Below, one piece after another: positions 10,196-19,684 of a stretch of DNA of 61,277 nucleotides. Under the pieces are notes generated by a model. That model was given only the letters and a program-made list of their open reading frames with translations. It was not told the origin of the DNA and ran no database searches. Source of the DNA: Patescibacteria group bacterium (GTDB taxonomy: Bacteria > Patescibacteriota > Minisyncoccia > Phycocordibacterales > EsbW-18); the NCBI GenBank assembly GCA_038063815.1, contig JBBTUJ010000001.1, positions 4,980 through 66,256 of the forward strand, written 5' to 3'. How positions within the stretch are numbered: position 1 is the first letter of the stretch; every line of letters starts with the position of its first letter. The translations under genes were made by a program, and so were the position numbers.

Positions 10196-12664
10196 ATGGC
10201 AAAAAATAGCCCGTCCCTAGACCCGATTGTGCCCCGAGCGAGTGTCATTCCTCGGAGTGTTGCGACAGAAATGAAAGAGTCGTATCTCGACTATGCGATG
10301 TCTGTTATCACGGCACGTGCCTTGCCCGATGTGCGAGATGGTTTGAAGCCGGTCCACCGTCGGATTCTCTACGCGATGTACAACATGAATCTGCTGCCAA
10401 CGGCAAAGGCGCGCAAATCTGCCACCGTTGTCGGTGAAGTGTTGGGTAAATATCACCCGCATGGTGATGCGTCTGTGTATGATGCAATGGTCAACATGGC
10501 GCAAGATTTCTCATTCCGATATCCACTGGTCCTCGGGCAAGGGAACTTCGGATCGATTGACGGTGATCCCGCTGCAGCAATGCGGTACACCGAAGCACGC
10601 ATGTCGCGCGTCGCGACGCTCCTCATGAATGATCTGGAAAAGGAAACGGTCGCGTGGCGGCCGAACTATGACGGAACACGGACGGAACCGGAGGTCTTCC
10701 CCGCATCAGTCCCGAATCTTCTTTTGAACGGAACGCTGGGTATCGCTGTCGGTATGGCGACGAACATCCCACCACACAACCTTCGCGAACTCATCAGTGC
10801 CACGGTGCATCTTATTGATACTCCTGACGCAACGAACGAAGATGTTCTTGGATTCGTTCTCGGCCCTGATTTCCCGACGGGCGGTATCATTTTCAATCAA
10901 ACCGATATCCGTCACGCGTACACAGGAGGAAAGGGAGGCATCGTCATGCGCGGAGAAGCAGAAGTCCTTGAAGGAAAAAAAGGACAGTTCGAGATTATCG
11001 TCACATCTCTTCCGTATCGCGTGAACAAGGCGGAGCTCATCATGAAGGTCGCTGATCTGGTGCGCGAAAAGAAAATCGAAGGCATCCGAGACATCCGCGA
11101 TGAATCAACAAAAGATATTCGCATTGTCATCGAACTCAAGACGGGAGCGTATCCGCAGAAGGTTTTGAATTACCTCTATAAGCACACGCAACTCGAAGAC
11201 ACGTTCCATCTGAACCTCGTGTGTCTTGTGGACGGTATTCCGCAGACGATTTCTCTCAAGGGGGCGCTTGAAGAATTCATCAAGCATCGCCTCGTTGTTA
11301 TCCGTCGTCGCACGGAATTTGATCTCAAGGTGGCAAAAGCGCGCGAACACATACTCCTTGGTCTCACAAAAGCGCTCGATCATATAGATGAGGTGGTTGC
11401 TCTCATCAAGAAGTCAAAAGATGTTGTGGAAGCACGAGCTGGACTTATAAAGAAATTTGCTCTCTCGGAGATCCAAGCGAATGCAATCCTTGAGATGCGT
11501 CTCCAGAAACTCGCAGGTCTTGAACGAAAGAAGATCGAGGACGAGCTTGCGGAGATTACAAAACTCATCGTTGAACTCGAAACACTCTTAAAGAGCGAGA
11601 AGAAGATACGAGACGTCGCGAAGAAAGAACTCGAAGAGGTCAAAGAGAAGTATGGTGATGACCGGAAGACAAAAATCGTGAAGGGTGGTGTCGCCAATCT
11701 TGAAACAGAAGACCTTATTCCTGACGAAGAAAACGTTCTTGTCTATACCGCGGGTGGATACATAAAGCGCACCAATCCGGGAGAATTCAAAGCGCAAAAG
11801 CGCGGCGGTGTCGGCGTTATCGACCTCGACACAAAAGAAGAGGACTTCGTGACGACATTTTTGACGGCATCATCGCATAGCGACCTTTTGTTCTTCACTG
11901 ATAAAGGAAAAGTATACCAACTCAAGATGTACGACATTCCGGAAGGGAAGCGTGCAACGCGAGGAAAATCGATTATGAACTTCGTTTCGCTTACGGAAGG
12001 GGAGCGCGTCACAAGCATTCTCGCTCTCTCGAAGGAGGTGAAAAAAGATCTTGGAGCGAAGGGAAGCATTCTTATGGTGACAAAGTGTGGTGTTGCGAAG
12101 AAGGTTGCTGCAGAAAGTTTCAAAGATGTGCGCCGGAGCGGTATCATCGCAATCAAACTTGACGCAGGGGATGAGCTCATCGCAACCACATTCTCTATTC
12201 CGGGTGATGAAGTGGTTTTGGCATCAGCACGCGGACAATCTATCCGATTCAAGGAAACCGATATCCGCCAAATGGGGCGCACTGCGGGCGGTGTTCGTGC
12301 GCTCAAGCTCGCGGCGAAGGACTTTATCGTGACCGCTGGTGTTGCGCATGCTTCCGCTGTGGGCACGACGCTCCTCATCCTCTCGAAAAATGGATATGGG
12401 AAGCGGACACCAATCGATGAGTACAAAACACAAAAACGTGGTGGATCAGGTATCAAGACGGCAAATGTCACTGAGAAAACAGGACCTCTCATCGCCGGAC
12501 AAGTTGTGACGGCGGAATTTGATGAACTCGTTGTTATGTCGCAGAAGGGACAAGTTATCCGTGTGGGACTTGCCGAGATACCGGAGCTCGGTCGTGTGAC
12601 GCAGGGTGTGCGTATCATGAAGATGCGCGACGGTGATTCGATTGCTTCGTTTGTGTGTCTTTAA
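10196..12664 (+). CDS. gyrA: DNA gyrase subunit A
   Basis: [24 protein letters not shown], catalytic AAMRYTE, GyrA-box-like QKRGGVG and C-terminal beta-pinwheel repeats. Confidence 0.98.
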   Translation: MAKNSPSLDPIVPRASVIPRSVATEMKESYLDYAMSVITARALPDVRDGLKPVHRRILYAMYNMNLLPTAKARKSATVVGEVLGKYHPHGDASVYDAMVNMAQDFSFRYPLVLGQGNFGSIDGDPAAAMRYTEARMSRVATLLMNDLEKETVAWRPNYDGTRTEPEVFPASVPNLLLNGTLGIAVGMATNIPPHNLRELISATVHLIDTPDATNEDVLGFVLGPDFPTGGIIFNQTDIRHAYTGGKGGIVMRGEAEVLEGKKGQFEIIVTSLPYRVNKAELIMKVADLVREKKIEGIRDIRDESTKDIRIVIELKTGAYPQKVLNYLYKHTQLEDTFHLNLVCLVDGIPQTISLKGALEEFIKHRLVVIRRRTEFDLKVAKAREHILLGLTKALDHIDEVVALIKKSKDVVEARAGLIKKFALSEIQANAILEMRLQKLAGLERKKIEDELAEITKLIVELETLLKSEKKIRDVAKKELEEVKEKYGDDRKTKIVKGGVANLETEDLIPDEENVLVYTAGGYIKRTNPGEFKAQKRGGVGVIDLDTKEEDFVTTFLTASSHSDLLFFTDKGKVYQLKMYDIPEGKRATRGKSIMNFVSLTEGERVTSILALSKEVKKDLGAKGSILMVTKCGVAKKVAAESFKDVRRSGIIAIKLDAGDELIATTFSIPGDEVVLASARGQSIRFKETDIRQMGRTAGGVRALKLAAKDFIVTAGVAHASAVGTTLLILSKNGYGKRTPIDEYKTQKRGGSGIKTANVTEKTGPLIAGQVVTAEFDELVVMSQKGQVIRVGLAEIPELGRVTQGVRIMKMRDGDSIASFVCL

Positions 12665-12774
12665 AGAATAAACAAGGAACAATACACAATGAACGAGATG
12701 GACAGGAAAAAGCCAGAGCGTATCATGGAGAGTGCCATCCTTTTGTTCATTGTTCATCGTTAGTTGTTCATTAT
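12663..12774. repeat. 7-nt-periodic imperfect hairpin element
   Basis: aaagaat-aaacaag-gaacaat-acacaat-gaacgag ... gttcatt-gttcatc-gttagtt-gttcatt. Confidence 0.7.
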
Positions 12775-12779
12775 TTTCC

Positions 12780-13310
12780 ATGTTCAGCAATCCTGAAAAG
12801 ATTCTTAAAGAGTTTCAAATTGGGGAAGGAACCCATGTAGGGGACTTTGGCGTTGGTGTGGGCAGCTATGCGCTGGCCGCAGCAGAAGCCGTCGGAGAGA
12901 CCGGAAGTGTCTACGCATTTGATATCCAAAAAGATATGGTTACGCGTCTTGTAAAGACGGCGCGAGACGAAAAAATAACGAATCTCCACGTCGTGTGGGC
13001 AGATCTCGAGGAACCGCGTGGCACAAAACTTGCCGATACATCCCTTGATGCAGTTATTGTCGCGAATCTCCTGTTCCAGATTGAGGCAAAAGACGTGCTT
13101 ATTGGTGAAGTCATACGGGTTTTGAAACCAAATGGCCGCGTGCTTATTGTTGACTGGAAAGAGTCCTTCGGACACACGGGCCCACATCCCGATGCTATCG
13201 TTCCTGAGAAAGTCGCACGTCCTCTTTTTGAAGGTGCAGGATTTGTATTTGAACGAAGCGTTGCTGCGGGAGAGCATCACTACGGGCTTGTGTTTCGGAA
13301 AAACAAATAG
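12780..13310 (+). CDS. Class I SAM-dependent methyltransferase
   Basis: Motif I 'VGDFGVGVGSY', acidic 'YAFDIQ', and 'RVLKPNGRVLIVDW'. Start placed at ATG 12780. Confidence 0.88.
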   Translation: MFSNPEKILKEFQIGEGTHVGDFGVGVGSYALAAAEAVGETGSVYAFDIQKDMVTRLVKTARDEKITNLHVVWADLEEPRGTKLADTSLDAVIVANLLFQIEAKDVLIGEVIRVLKPNGRVLIVDWKESFGHTGPHPDAIVPEKVARPLFEGAGFVFERSVAAGEHHYGLVFRKNK

Positions 13311-13312
13311 TC

Positions 13313-14608
13313 ATGAAAACCTTCCAAACAATTCTTCTTGCGATATTCGGTTTCTTCATCCTCGCGGGTGTCATTGTCATTGCCACATTTGGCCGAGGGG
13401 GAGGCGGAGGAGGTGACGTGCTCGCGGAGGGAGAAGTGTGGGGGACACTCTCTGCGTCGTTTGTTGATACGGTGGTGAGTGAATTCAATCTTGCAAATGA
13501 CAACATTCTCACGATAACGTACCGCGAATTTCCACCAGAAACATTCAATCAGGAGCTTATCGAAGCGTTAGCTGCAGGACGTGGTCCCGATGCTGTTATT
13601 TTTACTGAAGACCTGATTGCTTCGTATGAAGATAAGCTTTATACGATTCCTTTTGCGACGTTTTCGGAGCGGTCATTCCGAGATATATACGTTGAGGGCT
13701 CGGAGCTCTTCCTCAACGCCGAAGGCGTTCTTGCATTTCCTATAGCGGTTGACCCCATGGTTCTCTACTGGAATCGAGCTCTTTTTAATACCGCACGTAT
13801 CTCCGCACCTCCTTCGTACTGGGATGAACTCATCACCTTGAGCAAATCTCTCACAAAGACGGACAGTTCGTTCAATGTGCTCCAAAGTGTCATCGCGCTT
13901 GGTGAGTACCGAAACGTAACACACGCAAAGGAGATCCTTTCGATGCTTGTCATGCAGGCAGGAAATCCAATTGTAATCCGTGACGCACAAGGTCGTCCTG
14001 ATGTTATTTTTGCCGAAGAACTAAACTTGCCCGAAGCACCTGCAGAGTCAGCACTTCGTTTCTACACGGAGTTCGCGAATCCGGTGAAACCGGTTTACTC
14101 ATGGAACAGGTCTCTCCCACCATCAATTGATATGTTCACGCGCGGAGACCTTGCGATGTACCTTGGATTCGGAAGCGAAATTGTGGAACTGCAGGAACGC
14201 AACCCTAACTTGAATTTTGATGTGACAAATGTACCGCAGATACGCGATTCGTCCCTTGCAACGACATTTGGCACGATATATGCGATTGGACTTATGAAAG
14301 CATCCGACAATATCGCGGGTGCATTCAGTGTTGCAACGCTCCTCTCGGGCGCAGATGCTGCGCGGTTGTGGGCGGACATTGCCGGCGTTGTGCCGGCTCG
14401 CCGCGATCTTCTTGCAGAGTCACAAACAGACAAATACAAGTCGGTTCTTTATGAGGAGGCCTTGATTGCACGAGGATTTCTTGACCCCGCACCCGTCGAG
14501 AGCGACACGGTCTTTGCGGATCTTGTCGAAACAATCACTTCCGGACGTGATTCGATATCTCGTGCGGTAGAAGATGCACAGATTCGCCTTCAGACATTGT
14601 TCGAGTAG
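13313..14608 (+). CDS. Extracellular solute-binding protein (family 1-like)
   Basis: N-terminal TM anchor plus Gly linker; 'LAAGRGPDAVI', 'AFPIAVDPMVLYWNRALF', 'FTRGDLAMYLG'. Confidence 0.85.
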   Translation: MKTFQTILLAIFGFFILAGVIVIATFGRGGGGGGDVLAEGEVWGTLSASFVDTVVSEFNLANDNILTITYREFPPETFNQELIEALAAGRGPDAVIFTEDLIASYEDKLYTIPFATFSERSFRDIYVEGSELFLNAEGVLAFPIAVDPMVLYWNRALFNTARISAPPSYWDELITLSKSLTKTDSSFNVLQSVIALGEYRNVTHAKEILSMLVMQAGNPIVIRDAQGRPDVIFAEELNLPEAPAESALRFYTEFANPVKPVYSWNRSLPPSIDMFTRGDLAMYLGFGSEIVELQERNPNLNFDVTNVPQIRDSSLATTFGTIYAIGLMKASDNIAGAFSVATLLSGADAARLWADIAGVVPARRDLLAESQTDKYKSVLYEEALIARGFLDPAPVESDTVFADLVETITSGRDSISRAVEDAQIRLQTLFE

Positions 14609-14683
14609 GTCAGGGGGCACTAGTTGTCCACTCTCTACGTCGTTTCGAAAAGAAAGTGAAGTACACTAATAGCCATACATAGT

Positions 14684-15091
14684 ATGAAGGCAGCGATCGT
14701 TCCTCTGTTACTTATAGTGCTCCTCTGCGGGATTCTTGTTCCTATGGTGTCTCTTGCGCAAGAGCCCCTTGTTCCGTGTGGCATAAACGGGCCTGATTGC
14801 GATTTTGATGATTTGGTCGATCTCGCACGGCGGATCATTAACTTCCTTCTCGGTGTTGCGGTTCCGATTGCCGCGATTATGTTCGCATATGCGGGATTCT
14901 TGTACTTGACCTCGGCGGGTGATACGGCCAAACGAGGGAAGGCAACGAGTATCTTCCAGAACGTCTTTTGGGGTTTTGTGCTAGCATTGTCGGCGTGGCT
15001 TATCGTTAACCTTTTAACGACGTTTTTCCTTGAAGGCAATAAAAATCCAGAGAATATCTTTTCAAGACATGTCACAGTCCAAAAATCATAA
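14684..15091 (+). CDS. Pilin (TrbC/VirB2-like, CPR type) 1
   Basis: Signal peptide ending AQ, 'LVPCG..CDFDDL' and two hydrophobic helices joined by a 'TSAGD..KRGKA' loop. Confidence 0.8.
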   Translation: MKAAIVPLLLIVLLCGILVPMVSLAQEPLVPCGINGPDCDFDDLVDLARRIINFLLGVAVPIAAIMFAYAGFLYLTSAGDTAKRGKATSIFQNVFWGFVLALSAWLIVNLLTTFFLEGNKNPENIFSRHVTVQKS

Positions 15092-15503
15092 AATTTTCAT
15101 AGCACTTCTTGTTGGGTTCTTTCTTTTTGCCCCCATGTTTCTTTTTGCAGCGGATGGCGGTGGAAACACGCCACCGCCAAAAAAGAACCTCACGGGTATT
15201 ACAAACCCTCTGAAAGATATCGATTCGGTGAGCGACCTATTGTTTGCAGCTGTCGACATCGTCACACAGCTCGGATTTTATATCGCCGTCATATTCATCA
15301 TCTACTCAGGTTTTTTGTTCGTGAAGGCGCGGGGTAATAAAGAAGAACTTGAAAAAGCGAAACAGGCATTTCTATGGACGGTGATCGGAACGGCCATTCT
15401 CCTTGGGGCACGTCTTCTTGCGGAGGTTATTGAAGGAACGGTAGATCAGCTTGAGGACGGAAGCAGAGCACAGACGGTTGAGATAACGACGCAACACGTA
15501 TAA
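15030..15503 (+). CDS. Pilin (TrbC/VirB2-like) 2
   Basis: 'ITNPL', helix, 'YSGFLFVKARGNKEELEKAK', helix. The true start may be downstream (about 15069). Confidence 0.8.
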   Translation: MKAIKIQRISFQDMSQSKNHKIFIALLVGFFLFAPMFLFAADGGGNTPPPKKNLTGITNPLKDIDSVSDLLFAAVDIVTQLGFYIAVIFIIYSGFLFVKARGNKEELEKAKQAFLWTVIGTAILLGARLLAEVIEGTVDQLEDGSRAQTVEITTQHV

Positions 15504-15513
15504 TATATTTTTT

Positions 15514-15825
15514 ATGAGACACCTTCTTACTCGATTATTGCCGCTTTTCCTTCTCACCGCGCCGAGCATTCTTTTTGCTGCGCCAAGGAACCTCAAAGAT
15601 CTTGTTGGTGTTTTTCTTGATCTCATAAATCCCGCACTCGCACTTCTCACAGGTCTCGCCGTCCTTTTCTTTGTGTGGGGAATCGTTCAGTACATTCTCT
15701 ATGCTGGAGACGAAAAGAAGAAGCTCAGTGCTAAAAACACGCTTGTGTACGGCGTTGTTGCTCTCTTTGTCTTGTTTTCCTTCTGGGGTATTGTAGAATT
15801 CATACAGCAGTCAATTTTTAACTAG
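15514..15825 (+). CDS. Pilin (TrbC/VirB2-like) 3
   Basis: 'FFVWGIVQYILYAGDEKKK...GVVALFVLFSFWGIV'. Confidence 0.8.
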   Translation: MRHLLTRLLPLFLLTAPSILFAAPRNLKDLVGVFLDLINPALALLTGLAVLFFVWGIVQYILYAGDEKKKLSAKNTLVYGVVALFVLFSFWGIVEFIQQSIFN

Positions 15826-15840
15826 AAGTAACTTACGTAC

Positions 15841-16197
15841 ATGTATACACGAATCCTCGCCGCATCTCTTCTCGTAATCTCTTCTCCTCTTATCGCTTCA
15901 GCAGTTGAGCCGACGGGTAGGTTGAGCACCCTTATTAGCAATTTTGCCGGCATCATCAATATCCTCATTGGTGTTGCTTCCTCCCTCGCGATTCTTGTCT
16001 TTATTTGGGGGCTTGTGAAGTATATCTGGTCAGAGGGGAGTGCCGAGTCGAAGGGGGAAGGGAAGAAGATAATGATTTGGGGAGTCGTCGCTCTTTTTGT
16101 CCTTTTCTCCGTTTTTGGACTGATCAAATTCCTCCAGGATGCATTTGGTGTGTATAACTCTGACCTCAACGCTCCCCAAATCATCTACCGTAGATAA
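15841..16197 (+). CDS. Pilin (TrbC/VirB2-like) 4
   Basis: 'FIWGLVKYIWSEGSAESKGEGKKIMIWGVVALFVLFSVFGLI'. Confidence 0.8.
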   Translation: MYTRILAASLLVISSPLIASAVEPTGRLSTLISNFAGIINILIGVASSLAILVFIWGLVKYIWSEGSAESKGEGKKIMIWGVVALFVLFSVFGLIKFLQDAFGVYNSDLNAPQIIYRR

Positions 16198-16352
16198 TCG
16201 GGGTGGCTCGGCGATGCACAGAAGCATCCTTAGTTCAAACATCACTACACACAGCGCGTTTGCAGTCCTCAAGAGGAACGATATACTTTATATATCTTTC
16301 TGGGTACAGGAAGTAACAAATTAATCATTAAAAGAAAAACATAGTATAGAGT

Positions 16353-16700
16353 ATGAAAAAGACTTCACAGATTCTTATCGCCGGATCGGCGTTCTTCCCG
16401 CTCTTTGCATTCGCACAACAGTTGGGAAACGTTGAGAACCTCGTTCGTGCGATTGGACGTATTATTGATCTCGCGACACCGATTTTGGTCGGATTGGCGC
16501 TTCTCGCGTTCTTCTGGGGGCTCATCCGGTACATTTTCTCGGCCGGAGAAGAAGATGCAAAGAAAGAGGGTATTCGCCTCATGGTAGGTGGTGTTATTGC
16601 AATCTTCGTCATTGTCGCAATCGTTGGCCTCGTCCGCTTCCTTGGTAAAGCACTTGGTGTCGAGCTTGGAGGAGAATTGCCAGTGCCGGGTGTTAAGTAG
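16353..16700 (+). CDS. Pilin (TrbC/VirB2-like) 5
   Basis: 'FFWGLIRYIFSAGEEDAKKEGIRLMVGGVIAIFV'. Confidence 0.8.
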   Translation: MKKTSQILIAGSAFFPLFAFAQQLGNVENLVRAIGRIIDLATPILVGLALLAFFWGLIRYIFSAGEEDAKKEGIRLMVGGVIAIFVIVAIVGLVRFLGKALGVELGGELPVPGVK

Positions 16701-16722
16701 ACATTTGTCTCTTCTGTAATGC

Positions 16723-17049
16723 ATGCCCATCTCTGAGCTCATAGGAGAGGTTCATCAATTCATTGTTGAACCCTTACTGCTCCTTCTTTTCGGTGTTGCG
16801 TTCGTTATTTTCGTGTGGGGGATTGTTGAATTCATACAGAACAGCGAAAGTGACGATGGACGAGAAACGGGGAAGCGGAATATGATCTGGGGCATCATCG
16901 GCATGGTTATCATGCTCTCTGTCTTTGGTATCATCAATATCATTGCAGGAACGCTTGGTGTGGAAGGTGTGCAAACAAAAGACGAACAAAAATTCCAAAG
17001 TGATACAGAAAAGAAATTTAAGTTTCTTCAAAAGATAGGTATTGACTAG
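16723..17049 (+). CDS. Pilin (TrbC/VirB2-like) 6
   Basis: 'FVWGIVEFIQNSESDDGRETGKRNMIWGIIGMVIMLSVFGII'. Confidence 0.8.
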   Translation: MPISELIGEVHQFIVEPLLLLLFGVAFVIFVWGIVEFIQNSESDDGRETGKRNMIWGIIGMVIMLSVFGIINIIAGTLGVEGVQTKDEQKFQSDTEKKFKFLQKIGID

Positions 17050-17068
17050 ATTCGACACGCAAGATAAG

Positions 17069-17102
17069 AAAACACCGCGAGCCCTCGGGCTCGCGGTGTT
17101 TT
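17069..17102. terminator. Bidirectional intrinsic terminator
   Basis: 16-bp perfect inverted repeat aaaacaccgcgagccc-tc-gggctcgcggtgtttt between convergent genes. Confidence 0.85.
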
Positions 17103-17198
17103 GTATAAAAAGAAAACGGGCTGGGGTGGTGACACCTCAGCCCGCTCTCGACCGTCGTTGTTTGACGGCCGAAATGTTTCAGTCGAAAAGAGTGAAAT

Positions 17199-18590
17199 TC
17201 AGGTCACCGGGATGGGTCCCGTCGCCCGCCAGATGTTAACCTTGACCTCGGCATCCCTTCCGCGGGACTCCTCGAATCGCAGTTTCTTGGCAGGAGCGTA
17301 TTTTCCGAGCCGCTCGTCGACGTTGAACGTTATGTCGACGTCACTGCACGCTTCGCCAAGGTTGTGACCACCGTTGGCAAGCACGAACACGCATCCAGAA
17401 GTGACCTTGAACCGGTAGGAATTCCAGTGCGTAGCTCCTTCCGGCGGTTCCAACTGGACCGGCTCTGAGAGATGTCGACTTGCGAGCCGGACAAGAATTG
17501 TGTCTGGGAACTCGTCGAGCGGCCGACCGACGGGAGCGGTTTGCACCGCTTCCGCCTTGTGGCCGAACGGCCAGAAATCCCAGCCGGCGGTCTTCTCCCC
17601 GATCTTCTTCCACATCCCGGTCCCGATGAGGACCGAAAGAACGATGGTAACGGTGAGCACAACAGCAAGGATACGAAGCCCTCGTCCCTCGATGCCCGCC
17701 ATGAAGACGACCGTGATGATCGCGAGCATGATGAAACTGACGAGGGTCCGAGTTCCCGTCGAGATCATGTCGGCGGGCAGGAGTGCCCAAAAGCCGAACA
17801 CAATCATGGCGGTCAACGCCCACCAGACCACCTTGAGGTATCGTCGCGGTGCGTTCTGAGGCCCCAGAAGGGCCAAAGCGCTCACCCCGACCGGGGCAAG
17901 CAACACAGCGCCGATTCCCAAAAGGATAATCGCCCAAAACAAGTCGCTTGCTCCGGACGGGTCGGAGACCACCTTCATGATTGCGGGTCGCACCCACCAA
18001 TACACGAATATCAGGGTGGCCACGAGGTAGACAATGGCACCACCCAGTGCCCAGAGCCCAGCGCTTCGAGCCGCATCCAGCGCAGAGCGCTGGAGAAGCA
18101 TGTCGGCGTATTCGTTCGCCAGTGTTGGCGTCGCACATCCGCGGTTGAAGGCGTCTACGAAAATCCGTAAACGATTCCAACCTGAACGGTCGTGCCCGCG
18201 TTTGATGGTGACCTTCTTGATGGTGTCGGCCTTTTTGGTCTCCCGGTAAATCTCTTCGGTCTCACCGGGTCCAACAAGCCCACTCTTGAATTCGTTGAGC
18301 ATTTCAGCGATCGCGACCTCGAGGCGGTCGCGATTCCTGCGACTCAGACGCCGTTTGGCGTCCAGGAAGTTCTGTTGCGGCCCACGGGCGACTTTCGCCC
18401 AGAACGCCGCAACGGCGGCTTTCCGCTCCTTCCGTTCAGCCACGGTCGTGTCGGTGGCAGGAGTTGTCCCCGCCGACGTTGTTTTGGTGGTGCTTGTTGC
18501 GAACGGATTTCGCCCGAAAAGCGAACCCGCGAACCATCCACCAACCCATTTCAAGATGTCCCACAACGCCTCGTCTTTGATGTTGGCCAT
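17199..18590 (-). CDS. GC-rich orphan membrane protein (463 aa)
   Basis: Long ORF with SD (gaggag), about 5-6 hydrophobic helices in the middle, and visibly higher GC than its neighbours. No family recognised. Confidence 0.7.
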   Translation of the reverse strand: MANIKDEALWDILKWVGGWFAGSLFGRNPFATSTTKTTSAGTTPATDTTVAERKERKAAVAAFWAKVARGPQQNFLDAKRRLSRRNRDRLEVAIAEMLNEFKSGLVGPGETEEIYRETKKADTIKKVTIKRGHDRSGWNRLRIFVDAFNRGCATPTLANEYADMLLQRSALDAARSAGLWALGGAIVYLVATLIFVYWWVRPAIMKVVSDPSGASDLFWAIILLGIGAVLLAPVGVSALALLGPQNAPRRYLKVVWWALTAMIVFGFWALLPADMISTGTRTLVSFIMLAIITVVFMAGIEGRGLRILAVVLTVTIVLSVLIGTGMWKKIGEKTAGWDFWPFGHKAEAVQTAPVGRPLDEFPDTILVRLASRHLSEPVQLEPPEGATHWNSYRFKVTSGCVFVLANGGHNLGEACSDVDITFNVDERLGKYAPAKKLRFEESRGRDAEVKVNIWRATGPIPVT

Positions 18591-18732
18591 CGCTCTCTCC
18601 TCGTAGTTGAATTCGTTTTTTGGGTTTCAGAAAGACAGAAGACATGTCCAAGAAATCGGACAGTCGAAACACGGATGTCTGCTCAGATGTTATATTTCAC
18701 TCTTTTCAAACTGACAAAGAGCACTCGTATAT

Positions 18733-18760
18733 ATTGTATCACTTTCATACAAAAAGTCAA
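18733..18760 (-). promoter_or_regulatory. Sigma70-type promoter for the 463-aa orphan
   Basis: Minus strand TTGACT-N16-TACAAT with an extended -10 TG. Confidence 0.6.
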
Positions 18761-18809
18761 GTAGTAAGTACCTCTTTCACGGCCTCGCTAAGGCCTAAAA
18801 AAGGTTGTG

Positions 18810-18896
18810 TGGTGGGCAGGGCGAGATTTGAACTCGCACACTCTTTCGAGTACCAGCTCCTAAGGCTGGCGCGGCTACCAATTACGCCACCTGCCC
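18810..18896 (-). tRNA. tRNA-Leu(TAG)
   Basis: Acceptor GGGCAGG/CCTGCCC, anticodon arm ccagc-cttagga-gctgg, long variable arm, encoded CCA. Confidence 0.95.
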
Positions 18897-18921
18897 GTGT
18901 GTGATTATCCAATCATCTCAG

Positions 18922-18994
18922 TCCGCCCGGTTGGATTCGAACCAACGACCGTCTCGTTAAGAGCGAGCTGCTCTACCAACTGAGCTACGGGCGG
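18922..18994 (-). tRNA. tRNA-Lys(CTT)
   Basis: D arm gctcagttggtagagc, anticodon loop ctcttaa, T arm ggttcgaatcc. Confidence 0.9.
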
Positions 18995-19044
18995 AATACG
19001 ATAACTTTACACTACCCAGTCAATAACTGACAACTTCCTTTTTG

Positions 19045-19128
19045 TGCTCGGGGTGGGGGTCGAACCCACAAGACCTTGCGGTCGGAGGATCTTAAGTCCT
19101 CTGCGGCTGCCAGTTTCGCCACCCGAGC
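19045..19128 (-). tRNA. tRNA-Leu(TAA)
   Basis: Anticodon arm gagga-cttaaga-tcctc, long variable arm, acceptor GCTCGGG/CCCGAGC. Confidence 0.93.
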
Positions 19129-19142
19129 TTTTTATATAACCC

Positions 19143-19217
19143 TGGAGGCCTGGGCGGGAATCGAACCCGCGCATAACAGTTTTGCAGACTGTCGTGTTAC
19201 CACTTCACCACCAGGCC
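19143..19217 (-). tRNA. tRNA-Cys(GCA)
   Basis: Anticodon arm acagt-ctgcaaa-actgt, acceptor GGCCTGG/CCAGGCC, encoded CCA. Confidence 0.95.
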
Positions 19218-19223
19218 GCAGTT

Positions 19224-19556
19224 TTATTCTACGGGTTTCTCTTCCAATGACAACGCTTCGATATCCTGTCGATTCTTCTCTCCGACGTCGAGCATGAAGT
19301 CCAAAGTCGGGATGAATTTTAGAGACGTTTGTTTTTTTACATACTCACGGAAGTCGGTTCGGTTCCGTTTGAGGAAGGCGAGTGCGTTTTCTTCTTCAGA
19401 ATCAGGAAGGACAGTCACATAGATCGTTGCGCGCCGGTCATCAGGAGAGAGGGAGGCGTGCGTTACCGTGATGAGAGACGTACGATTCGATGCTCTGTTC
19501 AAGTACTCCGCCGCCAAATGCGCGATGTGTTCTTCTTTTTGTGTGTGATGTCTCAC
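19224..19556 (-). CDS. rbfA: Ribosome-binding factor A
   Basis: 'LITVTHASLSPD...ATIYVTV...PTLDFMLD'; lies downstream of infB. Confidence 0.9.
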   Translation of the reverse strand: MRHHTQKEEHIAHLAAEYLNRASNRTSLITVTHASLSPDDRRATIYVTVLPDSEEENALAFLKRNRTDFREYVKKQTSLKFIPTLDFMLDVGEKNRQDIEALSLEEKPVE

Positions 19557-19684
19557 GGTTATAATTTAATTTAATTGAGCAACGCACTCTATCTTGGGCT
19601 GTAGTATCGCATTTTTTGATTTACCACAAAAGTGAGCATACTTTTTTGAAACGACGCGTTTCAAAAAATGTATGGAAACGGCCC

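Noticed and set aside
17199-18590. Second DGR target in the GC-rich 463-aa gene
   Set aside because: No TR-like segment or invariant 3' tail was found in it.
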